Source: Burkholderiales bacterium
GTDB taxonomy: Bacteria > Pseudomonadota > Gammaproteobacteria > Burkholderiales > SG8-39
Length of the DNA stretch: 45,400 nucleotides
Direction of reading: 5' to 3'
Assembly: GCA_050741515.1 (NCBI GenBank)
Contig: JBOIFD010000225.1
Span: 1-45,400, forward strand
Part shown: positions 9,691-18,795 of the stretch, in pieces
Layout of the letters: every line of letters starts with the position of its first letter
Numbering within the stretch: position 1 is the stretch's first letter
Translations under genes and position numbers: made by a program
Notes under the pieces: generated by a model
The model's input: the letters and a program-made list of their open reading frames with translations, nothing else
What the model was told of the DNA's origin: nothing
Database searches by the model: none

Positions 9691-10452
9691 ATGGCCGAAT
9701 TCCATCCGCCCCGGAAGGGTCTGCTGCGCGGGACGCTGCGGCGGCGCGGGATCTACATCCTGCCCAACCTGTTCACCACGGGGGTGCTCTTCGGCGGCTT
9801 TTACGCGATCGTCCAGGCGATGAACGCGCGCTACGAGCATGCGGCGATCGCGATCTTCGTGGCGATGGTGCTCGACGGGCTGGACGGGCGGGTGGCGCGC
9901 CTCACGCGCACGCAGAGCGAGTTCGGCGCGGAGTACGACAGCCTCGCCGACGTCGTGGCCTTCGGCGCGGCGCCGGCGCTGGTGATGTACGAGTGGGCGC
10001 TGCGGCCGCTCGGGCGGCTGGGGTGGATCGCGGCGTTCGCCTATTGCGCGGCGACCGCGCTCCGGCTCGCGCGCTTCAACGTCAACATCGAGGTCGTCGA
10101 CAAGCGCTACTTCCAGGGGTTGCCGTGCCCGGCGGCGGCGGCGGTGCTGGCCGGCTTCGTCTGGGTCATCGACGACTTCGACCTGCAGCGCACGGAATGG
10201 CTGCACGGGCTCGCGAGCGCGGTGACGTTCTTCATGGCCGTCACGATGGTCACGAGCCTCCCGTTCTACAGCTTCAAGGACATCAACTTCCGCCGCAGCG
10301 TGCCGTTCTGGGCGGTGCTCGTGATCGTGCTGGGGCTCATGCTCGTCTCCGCCAATCCGCCCATGGTGCTGTTCCTGCTGTTCGTCGCGTACGCCGCGTC
10401 CGGGTACGTGCTCTGGGCGTGGAGGTTCCGGAGGTCCCGGCCGCTCCTTTAG
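9691..10452 (+). CDS. pssA: CDP-diacylglycerol--serine O-phosphatidyltransferase
   Basis: The CDP-alcohol phosphatidyltransferase motif is present: DGLDGRVARLTRTQSEFGAEYDSLADVV. The protein is multi-TM. Confidence 0.9.
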   Translation: MAEFHPPRKGLLRGTLRRRGIYILPNLFTTGVLFGGFYAIVQAMNARYEHAAIAIFVAMVLDGLDGRVARLTRTQSEFGAEYDSLADVVAFGAAPALVMYEWALRPLGRLGWIAAFAYCAATALRLARFNVNIEVVDKRYFQGLPCPAAAAVLAGFVWVIDDFDLQRTEWLHGLASAVTFFMAVTMVTSLPFYSFKDINFRRSVPFWAVLVIVLGLMLVSANPPMVLFLLFVAYAASGYVLWAWRFRRSRPLL

Positions 10453-10460
10453 CGCGCCAG

Positions 10461-10490
10461 TTGCGCGAGCGCCGGGTTTGCGGCTATAGT
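10461..10490 (+). promoter_or_regulatory. Sigma70-like promoter candidate upstream of leuA (TTGCGC-18 nt-TATAGT)
   Basis: The hexamers were read directly at 10461-10466 and 10485-10490. This is the only AT-containing patch in the pssA-leuA gap. Confidence 0.4.
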
Positions 10491-10497
10491 CCCCGGC

Positions 10498-10578
10498 ATG
10501 AGCCGTTCGGCAATCACGCTCACTACCCTGCTCCTCCGCAGCCTGCTGCTCGGGCTGCTGCTGCGCCTCGCGCGCTAG
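10498..10578 (+). promoter_or_regulatory. Candidate Leu-rich leader peptide uORF (26 codons) upstream of leuA
   Basis: The ATG at 10498 translates to MSRSAITLTTLLLRSLLLGLLLRLAR*, which has 11 Leu including three LLL runs. It ends 91 nt before the leuA ATG. Confidence 0.4.
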
Positions 10579-10669
10579 CACACCCATTCCCCCCAATTCG
10601 GTTTGTTTCGGCGCAACGCGGTGACCCCGCATTGCGGCAGCATCCTCGGAGTCTTGACGGGACGCCACC

Positions 10670-12223
10670 ATGACCAAAGAACAGCTGATCATCTTCGATA
10701 CCACGCTCCGCGACGGGGAGCAGAGCCCCGGCGCATCGATGACCAAGGAAGAGAAGCTTCGCATCGCGAAGCAGCTCGAGCGGCTGCGGGTCGACGTGAT
10801 CGAAGCCGGCTTTCCCGCGGCGTCCAATGGCGACTTCGAAGCGGTTCGGGCGATCGCGAACGCGATCAAGGACGCGACGGTCGCGGGCCTCTGCCGGGCC
10901 AACGACCGGGACATCTCCCGGGGCGTGGAGGCGCTGGCGGGTGCGAAGTCCTGGCGCGTCCACACGTTCATCGCGACCAGCCCCTTGCACATGGAGAAGA
11001 AGCTCCGCATGACGCCGGACCAGGTGCTCGAGGCGGCCCGTCTCGCGGTGCGCTTCGCGCGCAACCACTGCCCGAACGTCGAGTTCTCGCCCGAGGACGG
11101 GAGCCGCTCGGAGGTCGACTTCCTGTGCCGGGTGCTCGAGGCGGTGATCAAGGAAGGCGCGACGACCATCAACATCGCCGACACCGTCGGCTACGCCGTG
11201 CCGCAGCAGTTCGGCGAGTTCATCCGCACGCTGCGCGAGCGGATCCCGAACTCGGGCAAGGCGGTCTGGTCGGTGCACTGTCACAACGATCTCGGGATGG
11301 CGGTCGCGAACTCGCTCGCCGGGGTCATGATCGGCGGGGCGCGCCAGGTCGAGTGCACGATCAACGGCCTGGGCGAGCGGGCCGGCAACACCTCCCTCGA
11401 AGAGGTGGTGATGGCGGTGAAGACGCGCCGCGACTTCTTCGGCCTGGACACGCGCGTCGATACGACGCAGATCGTGCCGGCATCGCGGCTCGTGTCGCAG
11501 ATCACCGGCTTCGTCGTGCAGCCGAACAAGGCCGTGGTCGGAGCCAACGCGTTCGCGCACGCCTCCGGAATCCATCAGGACGGCGTGCTCAAGGCGCGCC
11601 AGACCTACGAGATCATGCAGGCCGAGGACGTCGGCTGGTCGACGAACAAGATCGTGCTCGGCAAGCTCTCCGGCCGCAGCGCCTTCAAGCAGCGGCTGAA
11701 GGAGCTCGGCGTCGACCTGGAGAGCGAGGAGGCCATCAACACCGCGTTCCAGAAGTTCAAGGACCTCGCCGACAAGAAGGCGCAGATCTTTGACGAGGAC
11801 CTGCATGCGCTCGTCTCTGACGAGGCGATCAGCGCGGCCCGTGAGCACTGGGCGCTGGTCGGGATGCAGCAGGCGAGCGGCACCGGCGAGCGCCCGCACG
11901 CCACCGTCGTGCTGAGCGAGGCGGGCGCCGAGCGCCGCGCCGAGTCGCACGGCGACGGACCGGTCGACGCGACGTTCAAGGCGATCGAGACGCTCGCGAA
12001 GAGCGGCTCGGAGCTGCTGCTGTATTCGGTGAACGCGGTGACCCAGGGCACCGAGTCGCAGGGCGAGGTCACGGTGCGGCTGGCGAAGGGCGGCCGCATC
12101 GTCAACGGCGTCGGGGCCGACACCGATATCATCGTCGCGTCGGCGAAAGCGTACGTGAACGCGCTGAACAAGCTCGCGAGCGGGGTCGAGCGGCTCAATC
12201 CGCAGCACGCGGCGACGCCATAG
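10670..12223 (+). CDS. leuA: 2-isopropylmalate synthase
   Basis: [52 protein letters not shown]...[16 protein letters not shown]... Confidence 0.95.
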   Translation: MTKEQLIIFDTTLRDGEQSPGASMTKEEKLRIAKQLERLRVDVIEAGFPAASNGDFEAVRAIANAIKDATVAGLCRANDRDISRGVEALAGAKSWRVHTFIATSPLHMEKKLRMTPDQVLEAARLAVRFARNHCPNVEFSPEDGSRSEVDFLCRVLEAVIKEGATTINIADTVGYAVPQQFGEFIRTLRERIPNSGKAVWSVHCHNDLGMAVANSLAGVMIGGARQVECTINGLGERAGNTSLEEVVMAVKTRRDFFGLDTRVDTTQIVPASRLVSQITGFVVQPNKAVVGANAFAHASGIHQDGVLKARQTYEIMQAEDVGWSTNKIVLGKLSGRSAFKQRLKELGVDLESEEAINTAFQKFKDLADKKAQIFDEDLHALVSDEAISAAREHWALVGMQQASGTGERPHATVVLSEAGAERRAESHGDGPVDATFKAIETLAKSGSELLLYSVNAVTQGTESQGEVTVRLAKGGRIVNGVGADTDIIVASAKAYVNALNKLASGVERLNPQHAATP

Positions 12224-12308
12224 CCAAGGTCGAAGGCGACGACCGGATGCGCGGCGCGTTGCGGCGCGGCGAGAAGCTCGCCGATGTCATTGCTCGGCGC
12301 GGAATTCT

Positions 12309-12649
12309 CTAGGCGGGCCGGGCGAGCGCTCTCGCGCCCAGGACCGCGCACGCGAACAGCGTCAGCGAGAGCACGACTTCGAGAATCGCAAGGGTCCGCA
12401 CCGGATCGGGCTCGGACCAGCCACGCACGACGCCTTCGGTGAAGTAGGCGAGGGCGAGGAACGGCGTCCACTGAAAGGTGTAGCGCCTCCCGTGCAGCAG
12501 GCCGAAGAGCGGCGCAAGCAGCGGCAGCGCCTTGAGGCTCAGCCAGGAGCCTCCCGGCTTGAGCGGGGCCAGCCAGATCTCCCAGGCGAGGCACAGCGCC
12601 ATGAGCGCGAGGAGGCTCGCGACCGCGCCGGCTTGCGCCGCGCGCGCGG

Positions 12650-12653
<4 letters not shown>
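12309..12653 (-). CDS. DUF2069 family membrane protein
   Basis: A small 4-TM protein, ...LKALPLLAPLFGLLHGRRYTFQWTPFLALAYFTEGVVR... Its start overlaps the upstream stop (ATGA). Confidence 0.7.
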
Positions 12654-13965
<1,312 letters not shown>

Positions 13966-13993
13966 CTATTATACGAACGCTCTCGCCCCCATC

Positions 13994-15256
13994 GTGACGA
14001 CGCCGGTCCGCAACCGACTGCAGCTGCTCGGCCGATTCGCAATCCACGTCGGCCGCCGGTTCATCGACGACAACTGTTTCAACCTCGCGGCGAGCCTCGC
14101 GTATACGACGCTGCTGGCGCTGGTGCCGCTGCTCACGATCGCGCTCACCGTCGTGGCTGCGTTCCCGGTGTTCCGCGACTTCACCCAGGGGCTCGACGAC
14201 TTCTTCGGCAAGGAGATCCTGCCGCCAACGCTCGCGAAGGCGGTCAGCGGCTACATCGACCAGTTCACGCGGAGCGCCGCCCGCCTCACCGCCGTCGGCA
14301 TCGCCGTTCTCGCCGTGACGGCGATCATGCTCATGACGACGATCGAGCGCGCATTCAACGCGATCTGGCGCGTGCGGCGCCCGCGCCCGCTCGTGTTCCG
14401 CGTGCTTACCTACTGGGGCGTGCTCACGCTCGGCCCGCTGCTGATCGGCCTGAGCCTGACGGTGACCTCCTACGTCGTGAGCGTGTCGCTGGGGTTTGCC
14501 AGACAGGTCCCGGGCGCGGGGACGGCCCTGATCAGCCTCGTGCCGCTCGCGCTGACGGCGGCCGCGTTCACCCTGATGTATTACGTCGTCCCGAACCGGC
14601 CGATGGAGCTGAAGCACGCGCTGATCGGCGGCCTCGCCGCCGCAGTGATGTTCGAGGCGATGAAGCGGGGGTTCGCCCTCTACCTGGCGAACTTTCCGAC
14701 CTACACGCTCGTCTACGGCGCGTTTGCGGCGATCCCGCTCTTCCTGATCTGGATCTATGCCTCCTGGGTCGTCGCCCTGCTCGGGGCGGTCATCACCGCG
14801 CTCGCGCCGGACTTCCGGGTGGCGCGCGAGGCAAGGGAGATGCAGGGCGGGATCTCGTTCGGCGCTGCACTGGAGATTCTGCGCGTCCTCCTGCGCGCCC
14901 AGCGCGCGTCACGGACGCCGCGCACGCGCGAGATCCTGTCGGACGCGCGCACCCCGCGTGAAGCCGGCGAGCGCATCCTGGAGGAGCTGGCGGCGGCGGG
15001 CTGGGCCGCCCGCGTCGTGGGCGACCGCTGGGCGCTCGCATGCGACCCCGACGTCGTGACGATCGCCGACGTCTTCCGGCGTCTGGTCTTCGAGCCTGCG
15101 GGCGGCGGGGGGCGCGGAACCGATGCGGTCCTCGACGGCGTGATCCAGCGCGCGGCGGCCGGGTTCGACCGCGCGATCGCAGCGCCGATCAGGACGCTGG
15201 TGGACGAAGAAGGCGGGGCGGCCGGAGGGCAGGCCCAGGTCAGCTCACTGCGCTGA
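13994..15256 (+). CDS. yihY: YihY/BrkB family inner membrane protein
   Basis: ...FIDDNCFNLAASLAYTTLLALVPLLTIAL... is the YihY signature and the protein is multi-TM. The start is a GTG. The 3' end overlaps the convergent PilZ gene by 17 nt. Confidence 0.8.
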   Translation: MTTPVRNRLQLLGRFAIHVGRRFIDDNCFNLAASLAYTTLLALVPLLTIALTVVAAFPVFRDFTQGLDDFFGKEILPPTLAKAVSGYIDQFTRSAARLTAVGIAVLAVTAIMLMTTIERAFNAIWRVRRPRPLVFRVLTYWGVLTLGPLLIGLSLTVTSYVVSVSLGFARQVPGAGTALISLVPLALTAAAFTLMYYVVPNRPMELKHALIGGLAAAVMFEAMKRGFALYLANFPTYTLVYGAFAAIPLFLIWIYASWVVALLGAVITALAPDFRVAREAREMQGGISFGAALEILRVLLRAQRASRTPRTREILSDARTPREAGERILEELAAAGWAARVVGDRWALACDPDVVTIADVFRRLVFEPAGGGGRGTDAVLDGVIQRAAAGFDRAIAAPIRTLVDEEGGAAGGQAQVSSLR

Positions 15257-16748
15257 ACTGGATGAGCTGCACGCTGACCGTCCGCTCGAGCAGCCGGGTG
15301 GCGCGGACGCGCAGCTTCGACTGGAGATCGCCCAGCGACAGCTCGCACGTGGAGTCGAGCGCGAAGAGCGGCGCGAGGATCGCCGGCGCTTGGTTGAGCG
15401 ACGGCACTTCCGGCAGCAGCAGGACCCGCTCGGCCTCCTGCGCCCCGCCGCGGGTCTTCCGGATCGACACCGGGCGCGCGGTCGGCGCGAGCTCCTCGAG
15501 CCCGAGCTCGAGATGCTCCGGGTTGTCGGACAGGACCCAGCGCACGACGCAGATGTGGCAGGTGTTGCTGTCGCGCGTGCGCAGGCCGACGACCTCGCCG
15601 ACGCGAATCGGCTCGATCGGGCCCTTGACGTGCATCAGCGCGAAGCCGCGCGGGCTCTCGTTCGTGACCATCCATTCGCCGTTGCCCGGCTTGGTGGCGC
15701 CACGCGAGTTCAGGAATTCCCAGATCCCGCTGATGCCGACGCAGACCTCGACGCGCGCATGCGTGCGCAGCCGCGTGAAGCGCCGGTTCGGGACCGCGCC
15801 CCAGTGCTTGACGAGGCGACCCATCAGATCGCGGAATGCCGAATCGTTCGCCTCCGGCGGCAGGCCCAGGCTTTCGGCCGACTCGCCGGCGGAGAGTCGC
15901 GCGAGCTGGTCGAGCAGGTGCTCGGCGAGCGGCAGCGTGTTCAGGAGGAGGTCGTGGCCCTGGGGCACCGGGTGGTGACGCTTCGAGAGCGCGTAGCCGG
16001 GCAGGTCGCGCTGCGACTTGAGGAGAAACAGGCCCTGTCCGCTCTTCTGCTGGCCCGCGGGCGCGAGCGTCGCCTTGGTACCGAACCGCTCGAGCCAGGC
16101 GGCGACCCGGTCGAGGTCGCCCTGCATGAGCTTGAGGGGCTCGGCAAACGCGAGCAGCAGCGCGCCGCGGTAGACCGAGAGCGGTGTCTCGCCGCCGTCG
16201 CTGAGCGACCGGCCGGCGAGCCCGCGACGGAGGGCGAACTGGTAGAGCTCGTGGAGCTCGAGCCAGACCGACTTGGGGTTGGTGGCGTACATGCGGTAGC
16301 CGAGCTTGAGCCGCTGGGCGAGCATCTGCATCGCGCGGGTGACCGGCAACAGCGCGCGGCCGCTCGACGCGAAGCCGAAGAGACGCCGGGACTGCTCGAC
16401 CAGCAAGAGCTTGTACGAATAGGCGAGCTCGGTGAGGAGCTCCTCCGCGAGCCCGGCGGCGTGCCGGCCCTGGTGAGACAGCGGCAGCGTGCCGGAGGCG
16501 AGCGCCGCGTCGAGGCGCGGCAGGAGATGCTCGGCGAACCCGAGGAAGCCCTCGGTCACGTCCTGGCGCAGCGTGATGCGGACCCGGCTGCGGTTGAGCG
16601 GCACGAGCTGCTCGAGGATCATCCGTCCGGCCTTGGCCGGGTCTTCCTTGGGCAGCGTGGCGAGCCACGCGGGGACCTGTTCGGGCGCGAGCTCGAACCG
16701 CCTGGTCTCCCCGGCAGCGGTCGGCGGCAAACTCAAGTGCAGCGGCAT
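15240..16748 (-). CDS. PilZ-domain protein with a large uncharacterised N-terminal region (paralog 1, 502 aa)
   Basis: C-terminal PilZ motifs are present: RTHAR (RxxxR, aa 328-332) and NESPRG ((D/N)xSxxG, aa 363-368). The ATG has an AGGAG SD with 6-nt spacing. It aligns along its full length with the gene at 17110..18651. Confidence 0.75.
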   Translation of the reverse strand: MPLHLSLPPTAAGETRRFELAPEQVPAWLATLPKEDPAKAGRMILEQLVPLNRSRVRITLRQDVTEGFLGFAEHLLPRLDAALASGTLPLSHQGRHAAGLAEELLTELAYSYKLLLVEQSRRLFGFASSGRALLPVTRAMQMLAQRLKLGYRMYATNPKSVWLELHELYQFALRRGLAGRSLSDGGETPLSVYRGALLLAFAEPLKLMQGDLDRVAAWLERFGTKATLAPAGQQKSGQGLFLLKSQRDLPGYALSKRHHPVPQGHDLLLNTLPLAEHLLDQLARLSAGESAESLGLPPEANDSAFRDLMGRLVKHWGAVPNRRFTRLRTHARVEVCVGISGIWEFLNSRGATKPGNGEWMVTNESPRGFALMHVKGPIEPIRVGEVVGLRTRDSNTCHICVVRWVLSDNPEHLELGLEELAPTARPVSIRKTRGGAQEAERVLLLPEVPSLNQAPAILAPLFALDSTCELSLGDLQSKLRVRATRLLERTVSVQLIQFSAVS

Positions 16749-16804
16749 GTCCGGCTCCTGTAGATGTTGTTGAGCGGCCGTTACTTCGAACCTGACCGGT
16801 GGGT

Positions 16805-16820
16805 CGCAAGGACCATGCCA
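16805..16820 (-). promoter_or_regulatory. Sigma54 (-24/-12) promoter for PilZ paralog 1
   Basis: The minus strand reads TGGCATGGTCCTTGCG against the consensus TGGCACG-N4-TTGCW. The GG-N10-GC spacing is exact. The -12 GC lies about 58 nt upstream of the ATG at 16748. Confidence 0.65.
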
Positions 16821-16932
16821 CGGGTTCGACGCTCACCCCGGTGCTGGGGTCGCGGTGTGACACTCGTCCGGTTGGCGACGGCAGGCTGCGGAGCAGGGAA
16901 GGCTGGCGGCCGGAGCGACCAGGACACGACGC

Positions 16933-16948
16933 TGTGAAATCCGTCACA
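16933..16948. promoter_or_regulatory. Perfect palindrome TGTGA-N6-TCACA (also fits TGT-N10-ACA); candidate activator site (UAS) or CRP-family site
   Basis: Sequence is TGTGAAATCCGTCACA, flanked by GC/GC (a 7-bp arm, GCTGTGA/TCACAGC). It lies roughly 130 nt upstream of the sigma54 promoter at 16805..16820. Confidence 0.4.
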
Positions 16949-17081
16949 GCATCCCATCGACCCGAAGCAAAATCAAGCGTCGTCCGGGATTCGGCCAAGC
17001 GGCCGAGGCCCCGCAACAGGCCGGCGCGTGGCCACTGTCGATCTTTCTGACACCTTCGCGACACGCGCGTCGGGACCACGG

Positions 17082-17097
17082 CGTGAACCGCGTCACG
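17082..17097. promoter_or_regulatory. Second GTGA-N6-TCAC palindrome (CGTGAACCGCGTCACG); operator-like, or a stem-loop after the PilZ paralog 2 stop
   Basis: A 6-bp inverted repeat, GCGTGA/TCACGC, lies 13 nt downstream of the stop at 17110. There is no U-tract. Confidence 0.3.
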
Positions 17098-17109
17098 CTG
17101 GAGCGACGC

Positions 17110-18651
17110 CTAGACGGCCTGCGCCGCGACCTCGATCAGCTCGATGCTCGGCGTCTTTTCGATGACGCGGCTCGCTCGCAAGGAGAGCCGGCCGCGGCGA
17201 TGGCGAAGGCTGAACGCCTCGTTCGAGCGCAGCCGGTTCGGCGGCGCGACGACTGCGGGGGCCCGCTTCTGCGCCGGCACCTCCGGGAAGAACAGGATCG
17301 GCTCGGGCGCGACGCGCTCGAGCTCGGAGGACTTGTAGACCGCCGGGACGACGACCGGCGCGAGCTGCTGCAACCCAACCTCGAAGTGCTCGGGGTTGTT
17401 GGACAGGATCCAGCGCACGAGGCACACGAAGACCGAGCCCTGCTCCTTCGACTTCAGCGCCACGATCTCGCCGACATTGACCGCCGGGAGGCTGCCCGAC
17501 ATGTACTTCAGGGCCCAGCCGCGCGAGCTCTCGTTCGAGATGATCCACTCGCTCGCCTTCGCCGGCGTCTCGCGCTGGGTGATGTCGGCCGCCGGCGTGT
17601 CTTGCGGCGATTCGGCGCGCAGCAGGCGCCAGATGTCGCGCAGGCCCACCCACAGCTCGACCCGCGGATGAAAGCGCATCCGCGTGGTCCGGTTCTTCCG
17701 CTCGCCGCGCCAGTGGGCGACGAGCCGTTGCAGGAGCTCCTGGTACTGGAGGCGGGCGGCCTCGTCGGGCAGGCCGAGCGAGGCGGGCGGGATGCCGTCG
17801 TGGAGCTTCCTGAGCTGCTGCTGGAGCTGCTCGACGAGCCGGTGCGTGACGAGCAGCAGCGCGCCGTTCTCGAACCCCGCGTCTGCGCGCTTCGCGTAGG
17901 CGACCCCCGGCTTGTCCCGGCTCGGGTCGATCGCGAACACGCACAGCGGATCGCCGACGCGCGTCGCCGGCGTCACGTCGGCGAGGTCGCCGTGGGTGGC
18001 GAGGTAGCTTTGCACGCGCGGGAAGTCGCCGTGGTTGAGCTTCGTGGGCTGGGCGAACGCGAGCAGCAGGCTATCCCGGTAGACGCGGAGCGGCGACGTC
18101 TGCGGGGAGCCCGCCTCGCGCTCGGCCAGGCCCCAGTCCCGGGCGAGCCGGTAGAGCTGATGCATTTCTCCCCAGACGGCGCCGGGGCTCCGCGCGTACA
18201 GCCGCTGGCTCAGCGCGAGGCGGCGCGCGTGGAAATCCATGGCGCGGACGAGCGGCAGGTGGAGCTGGCGCTTGAAGCCGATCGACAGCCAGGCGCGCGG
18301 CACGCGGAGCACGGCGTGCGAGTACCCCGCAGCGAGCTCCTTGAGCAGCTTCTCGATGAAGTAGGCGACCTGCCTATGCTGCGCCGCGAGGGGCGGCTGC
18401 GCGCGGACAATCCGGCTCTCGAGCTGCGGCAGCAGCCAGTCCGCGTGGTCACGGAACATGTCGAGCAGCCGCAACCGCAGCCGGCTGTGGAGCTCGGCGT
18501 TATTGAACGCGACGAGCCGATCGATGAGCGCCTGCGCCGTGCCCAGCGTGTCGGCCGCGGCGAGTGATGACAGCCACGCGCGCAGGCGCTCGGGCGAGAA
18601 CTCGCCGTCGTCGGCCGCGCCGCGGGTCCCCGCGATAAAATCGAGCAGCAT
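17110..18651 (-). CDS. PilZ-domain protein with a large uncharacterised N-terminal region (paralog 2, 513 aa)
   Basis: PilZ motifs are present: RFHPR (aa 326-330) and NESSRG (aa 373-378). Conserved blocks are shared with paralog 1 (LLLAFA.P.KL..GD, LVRW.LS.NPEH.E.GL..LAP, FPEVP...APA..AP). Confidence 0.75.
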   Translation of the reverse strand: MLLDFIAGTRGAADDGEFSPERLRAWLSSLAAADTLGTAQALIDRLVAFNNAELHSRLRLRLLDMFRDHADWLLPQLESRIVRAQPPLAAQHRQVAYFIEKLLKELAAGYSHAVLRVPRAWLSIGFKRQLHLPLVRAMDFHARRLALSQRLYARSPGAVWGEMHQLYRLARDWGLAEREAGSPQTSPLRVYRDSLLLAFAQPTKLNHGDFPRVQSYLATHGDLADVTPATRVGDPLCVFAIDPSRDKPGVAYAKRADAGFENGALLLVTHRLVEQLQQQLRKLHDGIPPASLGLPDEAARLQYQELLQRLVAHWRGERKNRTTRMRFHPRVELWVGLRDIWRLLRAESPQDTPAADITQRETPAKASEWIISNESSRGWALKYMSGSLPAVNVGEIVALKSKEQGSVFVCLVRWILSNNPEHFEVGLQQLAPVVVPAVYKSSELERVAPEPILFFPEVPAQKRAPAVVAPPNRLRSNEAFSLRHRRGRLSLRASRVIEKTPSIELIEVAAQAV

Positions 18652-18705
18652 GGCGTTGGTTGGTCAGACGCCGCGAGAGTTGGCGCGGCGCACGGAAAGG
18701 AGTTC

Positions 18706-18721
18706 AGCAAGGAACATGCCG
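18706..18721 (-). promoter_or_regulatory. Sigma54 (-24/-12) promoter for PilZ paralog 2
   Basis: The minus strand reads CGGCATGTTCCTTGCT, with correct GG-N10-GC spacing. The core is nearly identical to the paralog 1 promoter (GGCATG.TCCTTGC). The -12 GC lies about 56 nt upstream of the ATG at 18651. Confidence 0.6.
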
Positions 18722-18795
18722 GAAAAACTGTGGCAAATGTCCCGGAAGCTCGCGACCGCGAGGCGCGCGGGAGTCGTGCTCGCCGGGGCGATCCG

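Noticed and set aside
13967-13973. TATTAT/TATAAT hexamers in the wrbA-yihY divergent spacer as promoters for either gene. A TATAAT at 30288..30293 before the PP0621 gene and another at 41457..41462 before maeB were also considered.
   Set aside because: No acceptable -35 element lies at 16-18 nt spacing in any of these cases. They are plausible -10 boxes but too weakly supported to list as features.
16799-17050. An 83-aa ORF inside the spacer between the PilZ paralogs. Small ORFs at 39020..39214, 39057..39437 and 39163..39378 in the 520-bp gap were also considered.
   Set aside because: None has an SD. Their compositions are Arg/Gly/Pro-rich and they overlap promoter or palindrome elements. 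Nothing supports them as coding.
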